This document shows positions 40,949 through 52,180 of a stretch of DNA of 64,000 nt, one piece after another. The notes below the pieces were generated by a model. It was not told where the DNA came from. It ran no database searches and saw only the letters and a program-made list of their open reading frames with translations. Position 1 is the first letter of the stretch, and every line of letters starts with the position of its first letter. Position numbers and translations under genes: made by a program. The stretch is taken from positions 1 to 64,000 of the forward strand of contig JALMLS010000070.1 in assembly GCA_038496445.1 (NCBI GenBank), read 5' to 3'. The stretch comes from Trichosphaerium sp. ATCC 40318 (lineage: Eukaryota; Protista; Tubulinea).

Positions 40949-42270
40949 CGGACTTATGAGGAGGACAAGGAGTGTATTAGTATCGAAAGTTATTTTGATA
41001 AAAGTTTGTTATGGATGCAATAGTGGTAACACAATGTTTGAAAACAGAGTTCGTCATGGTGAGTACCAAGAGACAGTACCAAAAACTATCTTTTGACAGA
41101 ATGGCAATGCGTAACCAAAGAATTATTACACTTGAACAAAACCAATGTACAAGGGAAAGAAAAATATAACAATAAAATTCCACTAGTATCACTTTCAGTT
41201 CAGTCAAGATCGTAACTTGAAGATTACCACGGTTGCTGTTTCAATTCAACACTACAGATTCAGTTGTTCGCAAAACTGATATTAATTTAACTGCCATACC
41301 CAACAATGGATGACATTTGTGAGGAAGGTCGGGTCTTGTACCTACCGAACCAAACCCCGACCGAAAGCGAACTGCACTCTATATTAGCTTGTATTCACTG
41401 TCCTGCACTCAAATTGTTTTAAACAAAGCTGAGAAGACCTAGTGACTATCTAGATATTTACTTTTGCAAAAAAAACATCGAGATATCTAGGTATCTGGTT
41501 TTTACGGTGTCTTAAAATGGTGTGCTGTAACATATTGTGAAATATATCTAGTTTTTATTGGTTCCCAAAAAGTACATATCCAGATAACTAGATCTCTATT
41601 GGCGAGGCTGAATTGACGCGTGATAGAACTTGAATCCATTGAGTGTACAACCGATGAAGAGTGTGATATTAACCTTTCACCCTCATTCAGACGGCCCTTA
41701 ATGGCTGCAATCTTCGAGAACCGAATAAGCAACGTCGGTAATGACGTGTTATAACAACAACTTTACTTCTTGTAAGGTAAAATTAGTCACGAATTGGGTT
41801 TGAGAAACGATCACATGTTCTGGAAATGTCACGTTTATGTTTGAAGGCAACGATTTGATGTGTTATCAAGCGTTTGAATTATGTAACAATAGGGACAGGG
41901 ATAGTGTAGTAAATAATTTACATTTAACTTGCCAATCGGTACCTACAAATAACAGATGCCTACACATCTGTAACACTGTTTCTATAGTACAATATTGTTG
42001 GATTCACATGAGCGCTACAAAAAAATTGGGACTTTTTCGCACGATATGAAAATTCGTACGAAGTTTTGTTATGTCACGTGATACACATTTTTTCGATAAA
42101 TAACGCTATGTTTTGAAACACGTTAGAAACGTGATATTAATGGGCGTCTTATATCCATACAGCATTATAACGCGCAAATAAAGCGTAGAATTGTTGTTAC
42201 TTACTGATAGGAAGAATTGTGCGAATTGTCTGGTGTATTGCGTCATTTGTATAACCCAAATCACACGATG

Positions 42271-42480
42271 TCCCTTTTCTACAATTGTTAACCAATGAAC
42301 CTCTGTATCGACGAACTAGTCGAGTTATCTGTACAAACATAAAAAATTTTGAGTTCTAGCTCTCAACACATTTTGAATCCCTTTTTCTACAATTAGTGAC
42401 TCGATGAAGCTCTACATCGATAAACTGCTCTATTTCTGTACTAGCGCAAAATTCGCGGAGTTTCTTTTCAACCCAATTGC
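42271..42480. repeat. Degenerate ~107-bp tandem duplication upstream of the Reeler/LPMO-like gene
   Basis: tcccttttctacaatt..gaacctctgtatcgacgaact at 42271 recurs as tccctttttctacaatt..gaagctctacatcgataaact at 42378. Confidence 0.7.
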
Positions 42481-42704
42481 CAGCACATTTTACATGTGCT
42501 TCTTTAGTTAGGTCGTTTTTTTTCTTTTATTCAAACATACCACGCCAATAACAACACTTGCATCACAAAAGGTTCAAAAAGAAGGTATGTAAGCTTGTAA
42601 TTTTAATTTTAAAATACCTTTAACGTAGACCTTTTGTCTTCTTTACCCACACCAAGAATCTCTTCAATCTCTTTAATATTCTAAATTTCTGACCCTAGTT
42701 AACA

Positions 42705-45700
42705 ATGTCAGCAGCTTTATACTGCAGTGTTACCATCGCTTTAGTCTTCTTTGTGTCGAGTTCCCTTTCCGATTCAAGCGCTTCTCCTGATATTATCTTC
42801 ACTTGTAACGCTACAGCTACTAACTGGGGATGCCCTCCGACTGATTGGCAGAACGTAACAGTTACCGTAAATGGCGAGGAAGTGCAAGTACCAGACCGCT
42901 TAGTCTGTGAAACGATACCAGAACCACTCATGAGTTGGGCGACAAAGACGGTCCGGACTGATAACTATAAGGTTTTCGTTGGCCCACAGGATAACCCACA
43001 GACCGAGTATGTGCCTGGGAGTATCCTCGAAGTAACCGTACTTACCACAAAGTACTGGTCAAAGTACAGAGGGTTGATGATGTACGATCACTTTTTTCTG
43101 TTGTCATCTTACGCTTTTGGTTCCCTCTCCAAACGTAACCAACTAATAATGTTTTAAGGTACGCTGAAGATTCGAACAATAATCACGTGGGGGAATGGAA
43201 GATACCTGATGATTTCCCACGTGCGTAAACACAAATTTAATTGCTTTTGTAGATAGATCTTTGTCGCTTTTTTCATCTTTGTGTATCGCAGTTGCCGAAA
43301 CATGAACTTACACATATGTTTAGCCACATTCCAGTTGCCTTGGGCGTCCGATCATCAAACTTGCGCTCATACGTTGATGCACGCGACTGCTCAATTGAAG
43401 CCTTTGAGATCGACTATTGCGTTTGTAGCTCCACCAAAGGGTACTGGAAAAATCACTTTCCGAGCACTCATAAAGAGCGGTGATGCCAACACTGGTGACT
43501 TTTGGTGGCCTAATCTGGATGGTGACTTTACAATGACCGAATCAAGTGAATCACTTCCAACAAACACAGGATGGTTCCAAACAGAGGTACTTTGTAACAT
43601 CTATTTATTTATTATCTTACTCTTTCAAAGCTTGGCCAATCTTGTACTGAGCGATGTGAGATGGAAAATCTTGAATGCGACTTAGTATCTTTGGAGAGTA
43701 TAAACAGTATTGATAAGATTAACTCCGAATTGAAAGTATCTGGCTTTTTATGCAAGAAACCCTTCCTCAGTGGATGTAGCGCTCTTGGTACAACACAAAG
43801 TACAGCAGGATTTTGTTACTATGACGATACAAGATGTGCAACTCAAGGCCGCTCTAATGATAGAGTAAGTTGCGATGCAACGAGTACAAATGAAGAAGAC
43901 AGGTATGTATACATCTTACTTTCTTCTTTGTTTCTAACTTCTTCTCTAAGCATGCGCTTTTGTCGATGCTTGGATGCTACCCTAGCACCAGTCTCACTAG
44001 ATAACACTACTGTACCTTCCGACTATGGCGACACATCTTCATCCTCCCGACCAATAATCTCCGTTTTGTTGCTATGCTTGTGCACATTCGGTATTGCTTT
44101 CTTCACATCCCAAAATGGTCGCACATCAGCTCCATTTATCCTTGGACTATTACTCGTTGCTATCATCCTATTGCCTTCAGCTCACGGACACAACTGGCTA
44201 ACAGGCGTTAGCCGATCACCACGTGCTAGCACCCAACAACCATGCCCGTCTAAGAGTCAAGAGGGACCTCATGTTCAAGTTGGTCCTGGCCAAGAATTTG
44301 AACTAGAATTTGTTCAAGGACACGCTGGCTTTTCTTACTTTGCAATTGTTAACAAGAAGAACGAGAGTAACTTAAAACTTCACAACACCAAACTGCTCGC
44401 AAGATACTTCAGTGAAGCGCCTGCATCAGCAATCTCAACACTTCCCGTTTTTCACAGACGTTTTAAGAACCGTCCTGCAACAGCGACCGACGCCTACTTA
44501 GGACCTGCGATTGCCAAGACTGATCCTGCCTTTTTACCTCGACCGGAAGTTTTTGGAGGATGGCTAGGTGCTGCAAAGTTCTTTCAATACTTACCAGAGC
44601 ATCGTCAAAACAATTACGCTGAATACCACAATCCAAATATGCCTTGGATTGAAGGCGTTTACAGAGGAAGACATATCCTTAGGAGAACTATAGATTCTGA
44701 TGTTGTTAAGATTAAGATACCGGAGACCTCAGAAAAGGGAAGTTATATTGTTCATTGGGTCTGGAATGGATATCGTGATTGTATAGATGTTGAGTATGTT
44801 GATCAGCAAGTTGAGCATATTTATGGACTTAAATTAAATGGGACACAATACACGTACGTTCTTCAAAATGTGTGAATGTCGATTTTACTTATCAATTGAG
44901 CTTAGGCGTGTGGATCACTGTTTCTTCCCACAGTACAGAAGTGCAGGAAGTACGAACTTTACTTTTAAAACCATTTTCTAACACTGTTTTTTTTTTCAGC
45001 ATGTACAAAAATATACAATGACATCTCTTACTGTGCTCGAACATGTGGCTCAAACTGTTTTGGCATCGCTGTTATGCCTCTGTCAGTTGCATCAACATAC
45101 GCAGAAGAAGCTTCACTTGTTGATAGCGGTTGTTTTGAGAACTTCGATAACTTTACAGCAATTGAAAACCCTGAGGATATAAACGTTTGTTTCTCTGTCG
45201 TACCAAGGGTACCGTCCGAAACCTTTGGAGAAACAGAGGTAGTCTTTGAGGGTGATCCTGCCTATAGAGCCACATGCTATGTGAAAGGAACTGGCCGTTT
45301 GTTTCTGGGCTATGAACCAGATACAGAAAAAGAAATACCATGGAGACACGGAGATAAATGCATCGATTGCAACACAAGAGAAATCAACAAAGACTTATCA
45401 TTGTTCAACATACCAAACTGGCCGCTCTCTGAAGATTGTATAAACTGTGACCTTGAACCTGTAGAAGTTACTAAGCCAAAGGTACCTAAGTTAATCAACG
45501 AACAGTCGAGTATGGCTTGCAACGGAGCAAGGAACGTTTGGACTAAAGTGAACGGAGAGAACCATTACAGCTGTAATGGAACAAATAACGAAGTTTCTGC
45601 GCTATGTCATAAACAACTTAGATTCGATGGTCGACTAGAAAAAACTGATGCTTTCTTCCCTTCAGAGTGTGCTATGGCTGCTAGCTTAGATCCTGAATGT

Positions 45701-45853
45701 ACAGACAAGATCACAATGTTCGATCGCACCTTCGTTTACGGTGGTGTAACCGCTGGCCAGTGCTATTGTCAGACAAAGGTTGAATGCTGTAACGGTTGCT
45801 CACTGGTTGATAGAGGTGTTAACTATCACTCTTATGATCTTACAATGGTTTAA
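42705..45853 (+). CDS. Putative polyprotein: signal peptide, Reeler, Cys-rich, TM, internal signal peptide, His-brace (LPMO-like) domain, Cys-rich modules
   Basis: Introns at 43082-43158, 43221-43323, 43587-43630, 43903-43950, 44854-44905 and ~44950-44999 give one continuous frame. Reeler motifs YVPG..LEV, YRGLMMYA, VGEW, TLMH, FVAPPKGTGKITFRA. Probable 5'-UTR intron at 42585-42698. Confidence 0.85.
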
Positions 45854-46151
45854 AGTATTACAACAAACTCAACTTAGGAATAAAAACAATTATCATTACC
45901 ACTTCATAAATTCTGTCTTAAGTATTACAATCGTAATTTCCCGTTCCTTTAGATTTCGTAAATCTAAAGTTTTTGAAGGTAAGCAAACGACAATGTCAAA
46001 ATCCATCAAATCGCCATCTTTTGGAACTCAATAAAGCAAACTGGTCCACAAACAATGAATTTCAATGTTATCCTGGAGGTTCCTTTTGTGGTGAAACACA
46101 TGTTTATTGATTTGTACATAACTCTCCCGTAGGAAATGAGCAAATAGGAAG

Positions 46152-46801
46152 TTAACCTTCAAATGAGATATCAACCCATGCAACCCAGGATGGGCTTACA
46201 GATGTTTCAACCTTGACAAAGCGTGCTGTGATTGGTGAAGGGAAGGTGTAAGTTAACACTTGATTTCGATACGTATATCCATCAAAAGTGTGCGCCAATG
46301 TTGGTGTGCTGCAGTCCTCACCGTAGTAAATCTTGTGAACTGTACGACCGTTAGGTGCTTGGGTGATAGTCAAGGTTATTTTGGATATACTCTTATTCTC
46401 CCAAAAGTCCATAACGAGCCAGCCAGGAGCATGAGCTTTATGAGCATGAGTATTGTTGGGTTTTGTTTTTGTATGTGCGTACCACCGGAGTTCCAAATGC
46501 CTCCATTTACAAAGTCTAGAACAGTACTGCCTGGATAATTTGTAGAAGCAAAGGCAGAGTTGTAGGTTACTGGGCCTGGAGTACTAGTTGGTGTAATGTT
46601 TGGTGGATATGATGGGGTATATGCTGGTGGAGCCGTTGTTGGTGGATTGGTTGTAGGAGGTAACGTTGTAGGAGGTACCGTTGTAGGTGGTAACGTTGTT
46701 GGTGGATTGGTTGTAGGAGGATTGGTACCAGGGACCTGTTGTGTGGAGGTTGATATTAGTGTAGTAAGGAGAATCAAGTATATTGTAAGAAGAGTTGTCA
46801 T
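46152..46801 (-). CDS. Secreted Pro/Thr-stalk protein with F5/8 type C (discoidin/CBM32-like) domain
   Basis: Signal MTTLLTIYLILLTTLISTST. (x)PPTT repeats. WNSGAHAPGWLVMDF...ARFVKVET..SPSWVAW. One intron. Confidence 0.85.
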
Positions 46802-47317
46802 TGTTTTGTGGATTTTTGGATTTGTGAAAAAGAAGTTGAAAAATACTACAAACTTCCAAAATGACGCCATTTCTCGTATCATACACGAAAACAGAGTAGT
46901 ATTAATTACAATTGGTTCGGGGAGCCACGTGATTATGTGTGCAAACTTTTTTTTTCTACAAAACTACACGTTACGTGAAAATATGAAATTTGGTCTCACT
47001 TGTCTTCACCAAACTTCGCGGAGGCCCATATAATGTCAGCGGTACTTATTTTTTCACTTTTACGTTACCGTACAAGACCCTCCATAACTATTTTTAACTA
47101 TTTATGCCGGAGGCGCGAAGATGCCTATTTCTTGATGGCTCATTTGAACAGATCTACTCAACTAAGTCTCCACTTCGCACTTTTGAGGTTAAATTAGCTA
47201 TTTAATACAATCACAAGCTTCACTCGTAACAATGAAACAAATGTGCATAGTGAAGTACATCGTCTGAAACCCAGCGTTGGCGGCACCGTAAAAGGATACT
47301 ACAGTATTTCTACTGTC

Positions 47318-48298
47318 CAAGTTTTGCCAATGTAGGGTTGAAGAAGGTATACTGCCGTATTTTGTGCTAGAGTGCATAACACTTCTACGCTTATTGTTTC
47401 ATTCAAGTTTTGAGACAGACTGACTTTTAGCAAAAAAAATCCAGCTTCTGCCCGATCTGTCAGATCTGACGGATTTGACACTTCTGACAGATCTTGCAAA
47501 TTGTCATTTTTTTAAATGTGATCTACCCTCACGCCTGTCCAGTGAATCCAACCGTTTCAAACCCACGTGATTTAACAAACCCAAGCAAACTTTTTTATTT
47601 ACATATTTGACGCCTAGCGGCGTTTACAAAGCCTACAGCAACGCTGGTGGTGTTTTGGGGCGGTTTTGACGTTGTTACACCTTCATTACTGCTTGGATGC
47701 TACCATAGCGCTTCTGTTAGCGTGGGGTAGGCGCTAGCGTAGCGCTAGTAAGTTATACACGTACGTTGATTTTTTGAAGCAAAACATACAGCAAACAGTG
47801 TTTGAGGCATTCATACCGTGTTTGGCGGTAATGCGATAGCTTTGTAGGACATCATACCTTTTTAATTCGTTTTTAACGCATTGAACACCTCTGTGGTTTG
47901 ATCGTACCGTGTACAGTTGGCGTAGGTAAAATACTGCGATCATCTTCCATGGTTTGTTGAAACTTACATTGAAAATTTTGCTATCACTTACCGTAAGGTA
48001 CCTAAGTCATACAATGAAGGACAACATTGTAACACAAATATTTCACATTGTGATAGATCTACACCATTTGACAGAAGTGTCAGATCTTGCTAGATCTGCT
48101 AAAAGTGCTAAAAACTCACTTTCTAGAAAATATTAGTAAAACTTGAATGAAACATACAATATTTACACTACATAACAAAAGTGTAGTGCCAGTGTATTAT
48201 GCTCAGTACATTTCCCAACGCTCATAGCAGGGCAATTTTGGCACTCAGTACACAATTATAAAATAGTATTATAACCTAGCGATGTACCAAACTTCGTA
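47318..48298. mobile_element. Degenerate long inverted repeats, possible MITE or non-autonomous element
   Basis: 47395-47411 tgtttcattcaagtttt is the exact reverse complement of 48138-48154. Further nested blocks are acttttagca/tgctaaaagt and tgacacttctg/cagaagtgtca. Ends uncertain. Confidence 0.5.
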
Positions 48299-50221
48299 TT
48301 TGAATTTTTTTTTCATAATTTTCTTTTATTCGAATATATTCTTGCTTTTATGGTGATACAAAACGGCACAAATTACATCCTTACTATCCTAAAACCATTT
48401 CTTTACATCCTCACAACGTCTGAGACTTTTTTTTAATACAGCGACTGAACAGATACAAAATTATGTCAAAATATGTTTTACCTCAAATGATGGCTATTTC
48501 TACTAGTGGAAAGTACTAGAAAGTGGTTTTGACAGATCACGTGGCCACGTGAGCGTGCTCAAGATTGGCTCGCATTGTACTCCTAAAGAACTTGCTGGCT
48601 CAGTGGAATTTCGCTCACTTAGCTCTTACACTTCCCGTAGTTGTATGAATCAGAAACTACTTGAGACGTCGCAGTGTTCCGTTACAATATCTGTGTTTCA
48701 GCAATTTAGCGATAATTAACTATTCAGTCATGTGCGTATCTGAACCTCGCTAACTACCACTAATTCTGCACAAACGGATGTTTTCTCAACGAAAAAAGCC
48801 CAAAAACACTTACGCCGTTTCGTACACGTGATAATTGAGTAAATAAAAAATTCGAATCGAAAGCAACGCTGTAATGGCCTTCAATAGCCTTTAGATAACA
48901 GTAATATTACGTATGCGGTATTTAGACCAGAAAGGAAAACTGCGTCACTGTTCATTTCGAAAAAAAGCGTTTAAGACTTTTTCAAAAGGCAGTTTTATTT
49001 TTGAGGTAATTAACATTTACATGGTATGACGGAGTTGTTGGGCGTATCAAGAGCATCCTTCAAACAACTCAACATCTGTTTTAAAATACTTGATTATCAA
49101 ATAACTTTACTTGTGTGGTCATTATGCGTAGCGGAGTCAGCAGCTAAAGACTCAAAACAAAAATAATCAAACAAAAAAAAAATCAAAATTAAACCGAAGT
49201 TGACACTACAACATACACCACCAACGCCACCCACTTCAAGTACGTCTTATTCTCCTTTACCAAGCCGCTTCACACAAGTGCTTAAGTAAAACTTAGCAGC
49301 GCTCCCTTCCCTCATGACACCTAGAGCTTGTTGTTGAAGAAACACCAACAACATGACCTGTTTCATCTCATACCGCGGGCTCAGAAGTTGTTCGAGTTTG
49401 TTGACTAATGCCAATGCAGAACCTCCTATGTGTCCTAAAACCAACAGAGGAGTTGCCAACTGTAAATGACTTCATCCCTTTCTCTCCCCTCAATCGTTGT
49501 CCGGTACGTCTCTTTAAATATTATAACAAGAGTCATTGCCTTCGTTGTATGCTATAAACTGTATTAATGAATCTATTAGCTTGTTCTGACGCCATTTGGT
49601 ATGAGCGAAACTGTTCATGATGCTTCCAAGCGCATACCGGAGTGTCATGAGAACGAGAGGTATCGTATAAACTACACTTATTCAATTTCTAGAGAGTTTT
49701 ATCATCATATAAACCAAACTGCTTAGGCATTTCGTCTAAACTACGTGTACTTCACTACATTACACTAAACTCCGCCTTATAAACTTCATATTGTGTCGCT
49801 CTACAACTACAGTAAGTATTTTGTGTTTTTCCCTTTTTCATCTTTTTTCTTCTTTTTGGGTATACTTGACGTACTATGGTTATACTGACGCTATTTTCTA
49901 TGTAGTTTAGTCGCGTTCTACACTCCAATTACTTCGAAGACTGTCAGTTTAAAAAAAGGGGAGGAGAAAATTTTTTTGATTTAATTTCTCATCTACACTG
50001 TCACGTGCGGTCGTCAACTTTTTTGTCTTTTTCGGTCGATTTCTTCTAGAATAAACTCGATGACTTCCTAAACTGCAATATTAACTATAGCGACATGACA
50101 ACGTCAGTACGTACGTTATTATCTGCGTTGCAGTTTTTGTCTTTCCTTTTTTTCTTTTTTTTTGTTCTCTATTGTTCATCATTTATTTCATTCTAGATAA
50201 ACCTCGACACACACACAATAA

Positions 50222-51175
50222 ATGTCATACCAACAAGGAAGGAATATTAACAGTATTAACAGTATAAATAGCCATACAATAACTCCATCACCAAGCTATT
50301 GTACTGTTTTACTGTCTAGCAACCTGGATGTCCCTAATTACAATGAAGTAACGGTATCTACATCAAGTGGATTATCTGATGGTAGTAACGGTAACGGAGA
50401 ACCTGTGGTAAATATTATAAACAAAAACAACCGAGGCTCTCGGATAAAGAAACTGTTTTTGGGACTTCAAAGCCGTAATCTTCTAATTTTTTTTATGTTA
50501 GGTACCATTCGACCTATTTGAAATAAAATATGATCCATTGCTTACAAAGTTCTTCGGAAAGAACCCAAGACCTGTATTATATGCTCTATGTATGACAATA
50601 GTGTTAAAATTGGGAGTTATTCCGGTTAATGAAGGGCGGTATTATCAAGTCGTGTAAGTTAATATTTTAACAAAAATTACTTTTTTTACGGTTTCTTCGT
50701 TTTTCACGTGGGCTCTTTAACTAACTGCTATAGAAATCATGATGCATTTATGTTGTCTATATCTATTTTCTCAATGGATAAGACGAAAACATCTACAAGC
50801 GCATACTCAACATATAGATCTATTGCTAGGTAAGGCTAACATGAGCTAACATAATAAAAACAATACCCAAATTAATTAAGTTATTCCCTTTTTATGAATT
50901 CCATTCTCCCTTGTCTCTTGTTGTTGCTGACAATAACGTTTAGGTGGGTAAACGTATTAGATACACGAAAGAAAGGAAGGTCATGGAGATTTAGCTTAAA
51001 AGACAGCGAGCGCAAGCGTTGGCGTGAAGTGCATCAGGAAGTTGATATGGCACTTAAACAAAGGCGTTGTGTAACTTGGACGTGGAAATGTAACCAACAG
51101 TGGTGTAATATGGAACTTAATTCGTTTGATTTTGCTGTTAACATCGATGCTATTGCGTGGGCGTGCGGGCTGTAA
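50222..51175 (+). CDS. Hypothetical protein, 4 exons; paralog of 4261-5128
   Basis: MSYQQ...PSYCTVL...VPNYNEV...|VPFDLFEIKYDPLLTKFFGKNPRPVLYAL...|NHDAFMLS...YSTYRSIA|RWVNVLDTRKKG...NSFDFAVNIDAIAWACGL*. Confidence 0.85.
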
Positions 51176-52180
51176 TGTGACGAGCAGTGTTTGCAAATAT
51201 ACAAATAAAAATTTTTTCAAACAAACTTTTTTGTTTATTTTCTGTTTATACTTGATTTCTGGTATTCTAACACTATCCATACCCACCCAAGGTATAAAAG
51301 AGAGTCTTCGGAGACTAATTAACCATTTATGACGCAAAACATACGTACCAAGGAGAATTGTGCACAAGCGAAGTGCAGTTTATGTTGAAATAGGATTTAT
51401 ATATCGTTAGCTGTTGTTGAGTTAGCATCATGAAGCGCTAAGGAATTAGAGATTGAGTGGCTGTACTTTCTTAGGTATCCAAAGGATTACATTGCCAAAG
51501 CCAGTACGTTTTTTAGGAGTACGTAAGTAAAATGATACGTACAATAGTGTACTACCTAAAAAAGAAAAAAACAGAATACAAATTAATCATAGAACCAACT
51601 ATTATTCTACACACAAGCCATAGCATTCGCGTTCTAGAATGTAGGCTTTTGTAAAGATGTGTAAAGCGGTCACGTTCCTAAAGAACTTCTCCACCGGAAT
51701 TAAAACGGAATTTTGTGTTCGGAACCTTTTTCTTGGACTGGATACGAAACAGAAAAAGACAAAATATCACGTGATATTTGCCGTCGTTTCGTTTTAAAAC
51801 TACATTTCTCCATTCTGAGAATAATGGTTTCTTAAATAGCGCCGTAGTGTGGATTTGTGTAACAATTGAACTCCGGAACGGTGTTTGTTCGCGATGATGT
51901 TTAGTTGTTTGAATGTCGCGTAAGGTTCCGCTTCACTCCAGTTATGAGCGTATTAGTAGTCGTGGTTTATAATACACTCCAATTAACAACCACAATGCGT
52001 ACGCGGCCTCTTGTAGGCCGATAATATGTAATCAGTATGTTATTATTGGCCACAAATACAACCAAGGCTAAAGCTGTTGATTGAGGCGATATTAACTATT
52101 TCTGTGTTCAATGAGGAATTGTAGTGCCTAACTGATAGACCTAAGGCTGTGGGTGTAGTACATATTTATTTCAGTACATG

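Noticed and set aside
41327-41362. GC-rich hairpin ggtcggg...cccgacc as a tRNA, ncRNA or element terminus
   Set aside because: Only a 7-bp stem, with no cloverleaf, A/B boxes or matching partner end. No tRNA or rRNA was recognised anywhere in the window.
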